A stretch of 64,000 nt of DNA from contig CAWGSJ010000005.1 in assembly GCA_963825245.1 (NCBI GenBank), positions 93,608 to 157,607 on the forward strand. The letters run 5' to 3'. The notes under the pieces are model-generated. The model was given only the letters and a program-made list of their open reading frames with translations. It did no database searches and was not told the DNA's origin. The position numbers and the translations under genes were made by a program. Positions 8,832-18,710 of this stretch are shown here, piece after piece; the stretch's first letter is position 1; each line of letters starts with the position of its first letter. This DNA comes from an uncultured Acidobacteriota bacterium. Its GTDB lineage: Bacteria > Acidobacteriota > Vicinamibacteria > Vicinamibacterales > CAVVIG01.

Positions 8832-9629
8832 TTGGGTTCGCGGGACGAGGGCGCACGGGGGCATAATCCGCTCGTGGCAATCGCCAGCTGGCGGCAGGGA
8901 CTCCTGATCGCGGCGCTCCTCGGCACGACGCTGGCCGGCCAATCCGGCGGCGCCGGCTGGGGACGAGCGGAGCGGCCGTACGACGGGCGGTTCACGTTCG
9001 TCCGGTTGCGATGGGATTCCGGATACGGCGGCGGACGCCGCGGCTTCGGCATGAGCAGCGCCTGGAACCACGACTTCCCCCGCGCCGAACAGAACCTGAT
9101 GGCGCTGCTCGACGATCTCACCGCCATCGACGTCAACCGCGATGGCAGCCTCATCCTGTCGCTCGACGATCCGCAGTTGTTCAGGTACCCCATCGTCTAC
9201 ATGTGGGAGCCCGGCTACTGGACGATCGGCGACGAGGAAGCCCTCAGATTTCGCGAGTATCTGCTGAAGGGCGGATTGGTCATCTTCGACGACTTCGAGC
9301 ACGATCATCTCTACAACCTGCAAAACCAGATGCGTCGCGTCCTGCCGGAGGCGCGCTGGATAAAGCTCGAGCAGTCGCATCGCCTCTTCGATTCGTTCTT
9401 CCGGATGAAGACGATCTATTTCCCGCATCCGATGGAAGGCATCCTGCCGACCTACTACGGGGTGTTCGAGGACAACGATCCGGCGAAGCGTCTGATGGTG
9501 ATCGCCAACCACAACAACGACGTCGCCGAATACTGGGAGTTCGCGGGGCAGGGGTTCTTCCCGGTCGACCCGTCGGAGGAGGCCTACAAGCTCGGGATCA
9601 ACTACATGATCTACGGACTTACGCACTAG
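8832..9629 (+). CDS. DUF4159-domain protein
   Basis: 265 aa. FTFVRLRWDSGYGG...AWNHDFPRAEQNLM...PIVYMWEPGYW...LKGGLVIFDDFE...INYMIYGLTH matches my memory of DUF4159. The start may be GTG 8874. Confidence 0.65.
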   Translation: MGSRDEGARGHNPLVAIASWRQGLLIAALLGTTLAGQSGGAGWGRAERPYDGRFTFVRLRWDSGYGGGRRGFGMSSAWNHDFPRAEQNLMALLDDLTAIDVNRDGSLILSLDDPQLFRYPIVYMWEPGYWTIGDEEALRFREYLLKGGLVIFDDFEHDHLYNLQNQMRRVLPEARWIKLEQSHRLFDSFFRMKTIYFPHPMEGILPTYYGVFEDNDPAKRLMVIANHNNDVAEYWEFAGQGFFPVDPSEEAYKLGINYMIYGLTH

Positions 9630-9635
9630 AGCGCC

Positions 9636-9670
9636 GTCGTTCGAACGTCGAACGCCGAACGTCGAACGAC
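9636..9670. repeat. Tandem heptanucleotide array (GAACGTC type)
   Basis: GTCGTTC GAACGTC GAACGCC GAACGTC GAACGAC. The first unit is the reverse complement of the last. The array lies between the convergent DUF4159 and MerR genes. Confidence 0.7.
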
Positions 9671-9696
9671 GTGATGCCAAATGGAGGGCTTGTTTT

Positions 9697-10787
9697 TTAA
9701 GGTTGCCGCACAACCGCCGTACGGTCGAGGAAGCCTGCAACCCTCAGAATACGTTCGTATGGCATCCAGTGGATCGCCTCGACTTGCCAGCGCAGGGATG
9801 CCGACCAGTGATCGCGATCGGCCCACATCTTCAGCAGCGAGGCATGAATTTCGGGGTCGCCGCCGCTCGCCGATTCGAGTTGCTCGTCCCACCGCGCCCT
9901 GAGCGCCCCGGCCTGGCGGTCGGCGTCGCATGAATCGAGCGCCGCTTCGATGTCGCGAAACAGATCGACCCGCGCCCGCCACGCGCGCGAGACGGCCTCG
10001 GGACGGCTGTCTCGCCGTGGCGAGATGGCGATCCCAGGCGGCGGGCGTGAAGTACTTCTTCGGCGCCGCCTGCGCCGCCGCCTCGACCAGCGCGTGCACG
10101 GCTTCCAGGTTGAACTCGTCGATGCGGCGCTTCATCCGGGACGGCCAGTGCTCGCGATCGGCCCAGGCGGTCGGCGAGTCGGTCTGCACGTCAGGATCAC
10201 CGGTGTAGGCGCGGATCGATAACGCGAGCCAGCGGTCGACGGCGGCCTGGACGGGTTCGCTCGCTGGATCCTGGCCGACGAGAGCCGAGAGGGTGCCGTA
10301 GAGTTCGCGCCACTCGGTGGCGGGCCCTTCCTCGTAGTACCGCCGGCGCCGCTGCCAGCCCTCGTCCGTGTAGTACCGTTCGCATCGCTGCCGCGGCGAC
10401 CTTCGTCTGGACAGTCTCCACGAGGGCATCCAGCAGGCGCGCTCGGAGGCTCGCTCCGCGGCATCGATCGCGCTGCGCGCGACGGTGAGCCTCGTCTCGG
10501 CTTCGTCCAACGCCCGCCGGCGCGCCGCGATCGCCTTCGGCAGCTCGGAGGCGGGACGATTCAGGATCGACCGGATCTGCTTGAGCGCGAAGCCCAGGTA
10601 CTTGAGGGCGGTGATGGCTTCGAGCCGTCCGAGATCCTCCTGTATGTACCGCCGATGACCAGCCGCGTGTCCGCCGCGGCTTGAGCAATCCAACGCGCTC
10701 GTAATGCCGAAGCGCCTTAACGGTCACGCCAGCGAGAACCGCGAAGTCGTGCGTCTTGTAGAAATCAGCCCTCGCGTCAGTGTGCAC
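9697..10787 (-). pseudogene. MerR-family regulator with TipAS-like C-terminal domain, at least 3 frame breaks
   Basis: The HTH (YKTHDFAVLAGVTVKALRHYERVGLLKPRR) is in one frame. AGHRRYIQEDLGRLEAITALKYLGFALKQIRSIL and the TipAS-like YYTDEGWQRRRRYYEEGPATEW... are in a second frame. The tail ...DPEIHASLLKMWADRDHW...EAIHWMPYERILRVAGF is in a third frame, stopping at TAA 9697-9699. Confidence 0.75.
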
Positions 10788-10805
10788 CCGGCCCCAGGGG
10801 CAGAG

Positions 10806-11290
10806 TCAAAACGTGTCGTTCGGATCACGGTCGAACGCGATCGACCGAACCGTTGGCGGTAGCCCGCGTGATCGGTCACGACTCCTGGCGCGCCCCGCTC
10901 GAAGGCGGCGCGGATGTCGTCCGGAATCGGTTTCTTGGACAGCGTGTGCGCATCGACCATCACGTAGACGGTCTCGACCGTGCAGATGACGCTCGTCGTC
11001 GCCGGCGATGCGAAACTCGGTCGTGAAGGTAAAAGATGTCGTCCCGATGCGGCTGGCATACACGCTGGCGGCCAGCACCTGGTCGAAGCGCGCCGGCCCG
11101 CGCCACTCGGTCGTCTGTTTCACCAGCTGGAAATCGAGCTCGCCGCTGACCAGCTGACTCTCGTAGCCGAGCGCCCGCAGGAACTCGTTGACCGCGACGT
11201 CGACGTAATCGCCGTACCGCGAGTTGAAGACCACCTTCTGCGCGTCGCACTCGCCGTAGCGCACGCGCAGGTAGTAGATGAACGGTTCAT
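10806..11290 (-). pseudogene. 4HBT/YbgC-like acyl-CoA thioesterase, frame breaks near 11285 and 11000
   Basis: The ATG at 11290 is out of frame with PFIYYLRVRYGECDAQKVVFNSRYGDYVDVAVNEFLRALG. After ...TSFTFTTEFRIAGD the fold continues in another frame (ATTSVICTVETVYVMVDAHTLSKKPIPDDIRAAFERG). The 3' end is uncertain. Confidence 0.6.
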
Positions 11291-11308
11291 TTGGGTTTCG
11301 GCCCTCGT

Positions 11309-11333
11309 GGCGACCTGAAAGGGTCGCCCCTAC
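11309..11333 (-). repeat. REP-like palindromic element
   Basis: GGCGACC-TGAAAG-GGTCGCC followed by CCTAC. The CTA at 11330-11332 is the TAG stop of the reconstructed YdeI gene. Confidence 0.7.
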
Positions 11334-11897
11334 ATGAGCGGGATCGCCGGCCGCTGCGCGCAGGCAGCAATCAGCCGATCGAGCCGCTTTTCGCGCGTCT
11401 CTTCGCTTCTTGCGCGCTCATCACGCGATGAAGGTCAGCACGCGGCGGTAGCCGGGCGGCTGCGCCTGGAAGAACTCCCATGCGGCCGCGTTCTCGCGGA
11501 ACCGTTTCTCGCGCGACTTGTCGAACGCACGCCTCGCGCTCGTTCGAGTGAGTCGCTTCCGCGCGCCGGTTTCGTCGCGCTTCTCGAACTCGCGGAGGCC
11601 GGCGGCCTTCATCCGACTCGCGTCGATCAGCGCCTTGGCGCGCCCGATGTTGACGTGGCTCCAGTAGCTGCGCGGCTTCCGCGGCGTGAATCGCTGCTCG
11701 TAGCTCTCGGCGTCGCGCGAGCGCCGGACGCCGTCGATCCAGCCGACGCAGAGCGCCTCGTCGAGCGCTTCGTGGTAGGTAACGCTCGGCTTGCCGGTCG
11801 CCTTCTTGTAGAAGCCGATTAGCAGTTCGTTCGCCGTGGCGTGATTCGCCGCAAACCAGCGCCGGAGCTCGGCCGGCGTCTTGAAGAACGTCGGCTT
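11330..11897 (-). pseudogene. YdeI/OmpD-associated family protein, two frame breaks in the last ~100 nt and no canonical start
   Basis: KPTFFKTPAELRRWFAANHATANELLIGFYKK...VGWIDGVRRS...FFQAQPPGYRR is followed in other frames by VMSAQ and then EETREKRLDRLIAACAQRPAIPLM*. The only start-like codon at the 5' end is a CTG overlapping the flotillin stop. Confidence 0.6.
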
Positions 11898-13429
11898 CAG
11901 TTCTTGCCGGCCTTTTTCTCGGCGTCGAGCGCCGCCTGCTCGGTCTTGGCTTCCATCAGCCGCTGGATGTCGACGCCGAACTGATCCTTGAGCATCGACA
12001 GCATCGCGGTCATGCCGCCGCCGACCGTGCCCATCACCTTGGCGACGCCGCCCGAGCCCGACGCGTGACCATTGCCCATCTCGATGATGTTGATCTTGTC
12101 GATGCCGGCCAGCTGGGTGGCAAACGCCTTGGCCAGCTCGGGCATCTTGTCGACCACCATGTTCAACACCGCCGCCTCGTTGAAGTTCTTCCACGCCGCC
12201 GCCTTGCTCTGCAGCCCCTCGGCCTCGGCGAGCAGCTTCTTCTTGATCACTTCCGCTTCGGCCTCGCCGATGGCGAGCACCTTGGCCGCTTCGGCCCGGC
12301 CGATCCGCTCGATCTTGGAGGCCTCGCCGGCGCCCTCGAACTCGAGCTCTTTCTGCGTCGCCTCGGCGCGAATGACGGTCGCCTGCTTCTCGCCTTCCGC
12401 GAGGAGGATCGCCGCCTGGCGCTGGGCCTCCGCCGGCTTGACGACCGTCGCCTGCAGTTCCTGCTCGCGCCGTGCCGCTTCTTGAGCCTGGACCAGCACT
12501 TCCTGCTGCTTGCGGACCTGATCGATCCGGGTTTCCTGCTCGGTCACTTTCTGCCGGGCGATGGCCGTCGCGAGCGGCCCGGACTGCTCGGCCTCGGCCT
12601 GCTTCGCCTGAACGGCCGCGTCGAACTCCGCCTGCCTCGACTCCTTGTCGCGCAGCGACAGCGCAATCGCCACGTCCGCCTCGTAGCGCTTGGTCTTGCC
12701 TTCCTGATCGGCCATCGCCGACTTGATCATCGCGTCGCGCGTCGCCTGGGCTTCTCCGATGACGGCATCGCGCTTGACCTCGGCCGTCCGCTTCTTGCCG
12801 AGCGCGTCGAGATACCCCTGCTCGTCGCTGATCTGCTGGATGGTCAGAATGTCGATGTTGACGCCCATCTTCTTCAGATCGAGCGCCGCCTCGTCGGTCA
12901 TCTTCTGGGCGAACGCCTGGCGATCGGCGTTGATCTCCTCGACCGTCAGCGTGCCGAGAATCGCCCGCAGGTGCCCTTCCAGCGTCTGGAAGATGACGCC
13001 CTTGATCTGCTCGGCGGACATGCCCAGGAAACGCTCCGACGCGCCGCGGAGCGACATGTCGTCGCTCGCGATCTTCACGTTCGCGACCGCCTCGACGGTG
13101 ACCGCCACCCCTTCCTTCGTGTACGCCCGCTGAATGCGCAGCGGGATGGACATGAGGTTGAGCGAGAGGTACGCCACCTGCTCGAGGAGCGGCACCCGCA
13201 GCGCCGCACCGCCGCGGACCACGCGGAAGCCGACCGTCGAGCGATTCCCCTTCTCGTCGGTGAGGGTGTGCTTGCGGCCATAGAAGATGGCGACCGTCGA
13301 GGGCGGGACCTTGATGTAGTTGCGCGCGAACAGCGCCATCGCGGCGAACACGCCGAGCAGCCCCACCATGATCGCGAGCGCGACGAGAACGGCCGGCAAT
13401 TCGATGCCGAGGAAGTCCAGGACACCCAT
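11897..13429 (-). CDS. Flotillin (SPFH/band 7 family)
   Basis: 510 aa and intact. It has an N-terminal TM segment, an SPFH domain (VPPSTVAIFYGRK...ILTIQQISDEQGYLDALGKKRTAEVKRDA), then a long EA-rich coiled coil. Confidence 0.9.
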   Translation of the reverse strand: MGVLDFLGIELPAVLVALAIMVGLLGVFAAMALFARNYIKVPPSTVAIFYGRKHTLTDEKGNRSTVGFRVVRGGAALRVPLLEQVAYLSLNLMSIPLRIQRAYTKEGVAVTVEAVANVKIASDDMSLRGASERFLGMSAEQIKGVIFQTLEGHLRAILGTLTVEEINADRQAFAQKMTDEAALDLKKMGVNIDILTIQQISDEQGYLDALGKKRTAEVKRDAVIGEAQATRDAMIKSAMADQEGKTKRYEADVAIALSLRDKESRQAEFDAAVQAKQAEAEQSGPLATAIARQKVTEQETRIDQVRKQQEVLVQAQEAARREQELQATVVKPAEAQRQAAILLAEGEKQATVIRAEATQKELEFEGAGEASKIERIGRAEAAKVLAIGEAEAEVIKKKLLAEAEGLQSKAAAWKNFNEAAVLNMVVDKMPELAKAFATQLAGIDKINIIEMGNGHASGSGGVAKVMGTVGGGMTAMLSMLKDQFGVDIQRLMEAKTEQAALDAEKKAGKN

Positions 13430-13440
13430 GGTTACCCCCG

Positions 13441-13496
13441 TCTGAAATTCACAATTTCAGATTCACAATTTACAATTTCAGACTTCAGACTTCCGC
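13441..13496. repeat. AT-rich tandem heptanucleotide array in the NfeD-flotillin spacer
   Basis: TCTGAAA TTCACAA TTTCAGA TTCACAA TTTACAA TTTCAGA CTTCAGA CTTCCGC. It fills most of the 69-nt gap between the NfeD stop (13499-13501) and the flotillin start (13429). Confidence 0.75.
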
Positions 13497-13498
13497 CT

Positions 13499-14044
13499 TC
13501 ACGTCTTCGCGTCCACGACCACCGAATCGCCGCCGAGCGCCGTGATGACGACCTGCGTGCCGCGCGCCACCGCGCGTCCGTCCTTTCGAGCGCGCCACGT
13601 GCTCGGTGCGCTCGCCGGCCATGCTCAGCGAGATCTGGCCGACGCCAGTCGACCGGAATCGCCACCGTCACTTCCGCCGAGCGCCCGACGAGGCGCGACA
13701 TCTGCAACCTCGCTGGACGCCTGCTGCGAATACAGGATCTTCGCGAACTGGTAGACGAGCCCGCCATCACCACGCCGGTCGGCAATGCCCACGCCGGACG
13801 ACGGCGGGATGCGACAGGTTGTAGTACCGCGCCGACGACCCCGCCGACACCGAACGCCGTGACGAAGGCGGCCATGATCCGGGAGCTGAAGACGCTCGGG
13901 CCGCCGCCGAGGTCGCCGACGGCGTGCTCGATGCCGCCGTCGTGCCCGCCAAGATCGTGGTCGCTGGCCGAACAGCTCGCCGACGAACAGCATGACGAGC
14001 AGAAACACGAAGCCCACGAAAGCAATCGCCGCGTAGATGAGCAT
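13499..14044 (-). pseudogene. NfeD-like membrane protein (flotillin partner), at least 4 frame breaks
   Basis: The pieces MLIYAAIAFVGFVFLLVMLFVGELFG, DHDLGGHDGGIEHAVGDLGGGPSVFSSRIMAAFVTAFGVGGVVGA, LVYQFAKILYSQQASSEV, VGRSAEVTVAIPVD and ERTEHVARSKDGRAVARGTQVVITALGGDSVVVDAKT* lie in alternating frames. Confidence 0.6.
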
Positions 14045-14169
14045 GAGCCGTGGGGACGATAGAACCACTGCGGGGGGATGTCAATCGGATCGGCGACTCG
14101 CGAGTTCGGAGCGGAGCTCGAAGGACGGCGCCAACCTTTTCCCCGCCGGAACTCGTCTATCACTCCGTC

Positions 14170-16697
14170 ATGTCGAACCTGAAGCTCGCCTTCCGGATGC
14201 TCGTCAAGACGCCGTTTGTCACGATCGTCGCCATCCTGTCGCTGGCGCTCGGAATCGGGGCAAATACCGCGATTTTCTCGGTCTTCGATCAGCTCCTCCG
14301 GCGGCCGCTGCCGGTCGAGGATCCGGAACGGCCTGGTCAACCTGCTCGCCCCCGGACCCAAGCCGGGCTCCACGTCCTGCAACAGGGCCGGCCCGTGTGA
14401 AGCGGTGTTCAGCTATCCGATGTTCCGGGACCTCGAGAAAGGGCAGACGCCGTTCACGAGCGCTTGCCGCACACCGGCTGTTCGGCGCCAACCTGGCGGC
14501 GACGGTCAGACCTTCACCGGCGACGGGCTGGCCGTGTCGAGCAGCTACTTCGCCACGCTCGGCATCCAGCCGGCGCTCGGACGGTTCATCGGTCCCGACG
14601 ACGATCGCGTCGAGGGGGAAGGACGGGTCGCGGTGCTGAGCCACGCGTTCTGGCAAGACCGGTTCGCCGGAAGCCCCGACGTCCTCACGACGCCGCTCGT
14701 CGTCAACGGCCAGTCGATGACGATCGTCGGGGTGGCGCCACGCGGCTTCAGCGGCACGACGATCGGCGAACGGCCGCTGGTCTTCGTGCCGATCTACGAT
14801 GCGGGCGCTCATGCAGCCCGGCGTGCCGCCATCGTCGGACCGGCAGAGCTACTGGGTGTACCTGTTCGCGCGCCTCAAGCCGGGGTCACGGTCGAACAGG
14901 CGCGCGCTGCCCTTGCGCCGCTCTACTCCGGCATCGTCAACCAGGTCGAGGTGCCGCTCCAGAAGAACATGAGCGAGCAGACGATGGCACGCTTCAAGAC
15001 GAAGCCGATCATCGTGGAGCCTGGCGCGCACGGCCAGAGCGACATCGCCAGCGAAGCCAGCGACGCCGATCACGCTGCTGTTCGGCGTCACCGGCGATCG
15101 TGCTGCTGATCGCCTGCGCCAACATCGCCAACTTGCTGTTGGCGCGGTCCGCGTCGCGCGCCGGCGAGATGGCGGTGCGCCTGTCGCTGGGCGCCAGCCG
15201 GCGGCAGCTGATCGTGCAGCTGCTCACCGAGTCGTGCTGCTGGCGGCGTGCGGCGGCATCGCGGGACTGTTCTTCGCGATGGGCGACGCTGAGAGTGATT
15301 ATGTGCGCTCCTGCCGGCCGAGGCGGCGGCCACAATTGATGTCCAGCTCGCGGCGCCCGTCGTGATGCTCGTCTCGGCCATCCTGACGCTCGGCACCGGC
15401 TTCCTGTTCGGCCTGTACCCGTCGCTTCACAGCACGCGCCCCGATCTCGATTGCGAGCTTGAAGAACCAGGCGGGACAGCCGTCGGGCGCCAAGGCCGCG
15501 GCCCGGTTCCGGGTCACACTGGCCACGGCGCAGATCGCGCTGTCGATGATGCTGCTCGTGTCGGCGGGCCTGTTCACCAGGAGCCTCGTCAACGTGATGC
15601 GCGTGCGTCCCTCGGGTTGAATCCGGAGCAGGTCGTCACCTTCGGCGTCTCGCCGCAGCTGAACGGCTACAAGCCCGAGCAGATCCGCCAGCTCGCGGTA
15701 CGGATCAGCGACGAACTGGCGGCACTGCCGGGCGCGGCGGCGATCACCGGCGGGCTCGTGCCGGTGCTGGCGGGCAGCAACTGGGGCACCAACGTCTCGG
15801 TCGAAGGGCTTCGATGCCGGACTGGACACCGATACCAACTCGCGCTACAACGAAGTGCTCCCGGGCTACTTCTCCACGCTGGGCATTCCGCTGCTGGCCG
15901 GCCGGGAAATTACCGCGGCGGATGGCTTCGGCACGCCCAAAGTGGCGATCGTGAACGAGTCGTTTGCGAAGAAGTTCGACCTCGGCACCAATCCGGTCGG
16001 ACGGATGATGGCGACGGGCCGGCCGGGCGGGCCCGGCGCCTCCAGCCGCACACTGGACATTCGAATCGTCGGCCTGGTGAAGGATTCCAAGTACAGCGAG
16101 GTCAAGGGTGACGTGCCGCCGCTGTTCTTCCTGCCGATCCTGCAGAACGAGCGCATCGGGTCGCTGAACTTCTACGTCCGCACGGCGATCGAGCCGGAGG
16201 CCTTCCTCGCCAACATTCCGAAGACCGTGGCGCGAGTGGATCCGAATCTCCCGGTCAGCGAACTGCGCACGCTTGACCAGCAGATCCGCGAGAACGTGTT
16301 CCTCGACCGCTTCATCAGCATCATGTCGGCGTCGTTTGCCATCCTCGCGACCGTGCTGGCTGCGATCGGCCTCTACGGCGTGCTCGCCTACACCGTCGTC
16401 CAGCGCACGCGTGAGATCGGGCTCCGGATGGCGCTCGGCGCCGCGCCGTCGCGGGTCCGCGGGATGGTGCTCGGGCAGGTGGGCCGCATGACGGTCGTCG
16501 GCGGCATCGTCGGCCTCGGCGCCGCGTGGGGCCTCAGCCGTCTCGCGCAGTCGCTGCTCTATCAGATGAGCGGGTCGGACCCGATCGTGCTGGTGGGATC
16601 GGCCGCCGCGTTGACGCTCGTCGCGCTCGCGGCTGGTTTCGTGCCGGCGCTCAAGGCGTCGCGGGTGGAGCCGATGCGAGCGTTGCGGTACGAATGA
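14170..16697 (+). pseudogene. ADOP-type MacB/FtsX permease (duplicated orphan permease), heavily frame-shifted (>=8 breaks)
   Basis: It starts [43 protein letters not shown]. Family sequence then hops between all three frames (for example [80 protein letters not shown]). The last 280 codons (15855-16697) are intact. Confidence 0.85.
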
Positions 16698-16738
16698 ATC
16701 GAGTAATCGGGTAATTGGATAATCGGTAATTGCTGATC
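16698..16738. repeat. AT-rich 7-8-nt tandem array directly after the ADOP stop
   Basis: In ATCGAGTAATCGGGTAATTGGATAATCGGTAATTGCTGATC the TAAT core recurs at spacings of 8, 8 and 7 nt. Confidence 0.55.
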
Positions 16739-16803
16739 GTGAGCTCGTGCGACTTGATTGTGTACAGGAAGGTTTAACCGTCCGTCGTTCGGGAAGCGTT
16801 CCT

Positions 16804-17601
16804 CTATTGAGGGCGTGCATCAAGCAACACGGCCTTTTCGGCATCTCCTACATCACGGGGTGATCCTAATTTTACTTCCTTGCAATAGCCCTCGTCAGCC
16901 AGCATGAAGTTCAGCGCGTAAAACTGAAGGGTGTAGTCGTAATACAGAAGCCAATACACTTTGCGCCCCGCACTAGAAAGCAGGCGGGCGAGAACCTGGC
17001 GAGCCGGCTCGTTGTTGGCGCTGATGTGGGCCTTCGAAGACGTGAGGTAAGCCGTCGGCCCGATCCCAAAAGTGACATTCTGACCACCGGCCTTCTTCAG
17101 CTCGGCCAGAAACGAGACGAGCACGTCACTCGTGCGTCCTTCGAGCTCCGGCATGGAAATCCGCACATTGAGCACCGACCCTTTCTCTGGCAATACATGC
17201 AAGGCCTCGTCAGCAGGCTCGAGCCGGAACCGCGACTTTTGTCCCGTGTTTTGGTGCCACTCCAACATCGTCGTCACAGGAGCCGACATGTCCCGAGGAC
17301 CCTTTACACTTGCGGGTCGCTCGTACGGAAATACAAAACTGCCTACCTTAGGACCGAAGATACGCCGTGGCGGCGGTTGAACCCGGCTAGAAATGTCGGT
17401 CACATCCACGACCTCTGTCGAGTCCCACCGCGGATCTTCGTATGTGATCACACAACGACAGTCTTCGACAAGACGTCTCACAGCGTCTGCGACAGGCCTT
17501 GGACCCTCGACCAACTCCTGTCGCGCCTGCCCAATACCCTGTGAACTCGCGACGCATACGAACAGACTCGTCAATCCAAGAATTCCGACTCGTGAGCGCA
17601 T
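16804..17601 (-). CDS. Hypothetical secreted protein in a lower-GC segment
   Basis: 265 aa with a signal peptide (MRSRVGILGLTSLFVCVASSQG). I recognised no family. Local GC sampled by eye is about 47-60%, against about two-thirds in the flanks. Confidence 0.6.
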   Translation of the reverse strand: MRSRVGILGLTSLFVCVASSQGIGQARQELVEGPRPVADAVRRLVEDCRCVITYEDPRWDSTEVVDVTDISSRVQPPPRRIFGPKVGSFVFPYERPASVKGPRDMSAPVTTMLEWHQNTGQKSRFRLEPADEALHVLPEKGSVLNVRISMPELEGRTSDVLVSFLAELKKAGGQNVTFGIGPTAYLTSSKAHISANNEPARQVLARLLSSAGRKVYWLLYYDYTLQFYALNFMLADEGYCKEVKLGSPRDVGDAEKAVLLDARPQ

Positions 17602-17840
17602 AGTTCACCTCACGTTGAAAACCTCGTGGGCACGAAACACCGCGACTCCCTAAGGATACGGCTTCTCGGCGAAAACGCCTTGGCGATCACTCCAGACGGT
17701 CATCGATCGATCGCATCCAGCACGCGGCGTCGCAGATCCTGCGGGCCATTGAGGCAGGCGGTTAGAGTTGGTCGAGCCTGTGGTAGGCCCTGTCTCGCGT
17801 TGCTTCATGATGCGGCCGACTCGGGCCAACAAGCCCGGTG

Positions 17841-17877
<37 letters not shown>

Positions 17878-17947
17878 CGAGCCGAATCCCATGTGACGTT
17901 GATGGAATACCGAAGGGGTCGCATTACGTAGGCGTACCGCCGATCCC

Positions 17948-18529
17948 TCACTCGTATTTCCAATTGCGCGACTTCCCTTCAGCGATCCACTTGATCGCTG
18001 TCTGGACGCGCTTGGAGCGCGTCTCTTCGCGCTTGGCTTCCGTGATCCACTCGACGTATTCGCGCCTGTGGCTTGGGCTGAATGCGTCGAATGCCACTTT
18101 GGCCTTCTTGTTCTTCTGCAGGGCGCCGGCGAGATCGGTGGGTACGCGAGCCGGTGTCTTCTTCTCGCGTGGTGCTCGCGCGACGACCGCGCCATTGTCG
18201 TTGAGCGCCATCGCCTTGTGAATCAGCGCCGCCATTTCCTTCTTCGGCGGCAAATCAGCGAGCGATGTGAGGTTGCGGAATCGGCCGTGCGGGTTGCTGC
18301 CGCCGACGACGAGCTCCGCTTTCCAGAATCCGAACATGCAGTGCGCCTTGAACGCCCCCATGCCGCACAACATTCCCTTGTACTCGAAGGACGGCGAGCT
18401 CCACTTCATCGTCTCTTCGCAGGTCGGACAGGCTTCGTGCACGCGCGCACGGATCTCTTTCAGGATCGGCTTCGCAAAGTCGGCCGCCTTCGCGATATAG
18501 GCGTCGACGCGTGGATCTTTATCGGCCAT
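17948..18529 (-). CDS. DUF1801 (YdhG-like) plus YdeI-like C-terminal domain protein
   Basis: 193 aa. DAYIAKAADFAKPILKEIRARVHEACPTCEETMKWSSPSFEYKG is DUF1801-like. DAFSPSHRREYVEWITEAKREETRSKRVQTAIKWIAEGKSRNWKY is a YdeI-type tail. Confidence 0.75.
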   Translation of the reverse strand: MADKDPRVDAYIAKAADFAKPILKEIRARVHEACPTCEETMKWSSPSFEYKGMLCGMGAFKAHCMFGFWKAELVVGGSNPHGRFRNLTSLADLPPKKEMAALIHKAMALNDNGAVVARAPREKKTPARVPTDLAGALQKNKKAKVAFDAFSPSHRREYVEWITEAKREETRSKRVQTAIKWIAEGKSRNWKYE

Positions 18530-18710
18530 CTGTCTACTTATTTACTGGCGCTGGGGCCCCACCCCCAGCGCGAACTGAGGATGATGCCTCGCCTCGGATA
18601 AGAACCGGGTCCTCGGCTCGGCATGGCCGCAGGCGCTTTTTCCACTGGCGGGGCTCCGCCTTCGCACATCCTCCGCGTTCTTCCCGTCCTGCCCTTCCTG
18701 CTCTTCCCGC

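Noticed and set aside
8729-9193. The upstream 155 codons of track ORF 8447-9193, which would make a 248-aa SWIB protein.
   Set aside because: The extension is Pro/Arg/Ser-rich and overlaps the DUF4159 gene on the other strand. A GTG with a GAGGAG ribosome-binding site at 8728 gives a typical stand-alone SWIB protein.
13441-13496. I asked whether the short tandem arrays (9636, 13441, 16698, 44804, 46949) could be CRISPR arrays.
   Set aside because: The units are 7-8 nt with no spacers, each array is under 60 nt in total, and no cas genes are present. They are simple tandem repeats, not CRISPR.
12065-14062. Very long ORFs antisense to or overlapping real genes. Examples are 12065-14062 (+, 665 aa), 5378-7252 (-, 624 aa), 41914-43113 (-), 44913-46163 (+), 30098-31264 (+), 15744-16844 (-) and 62941-63975 (-).
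   Set aside because: Their translations are Arg/Ala/Gly/Pro-rich low-complexity strings with no family motifs. They lie opposite to, or out of frame with, genes that show clear family signatures. Such shadow ORFs are expected in high-GC DNA, where stop codons are rare.
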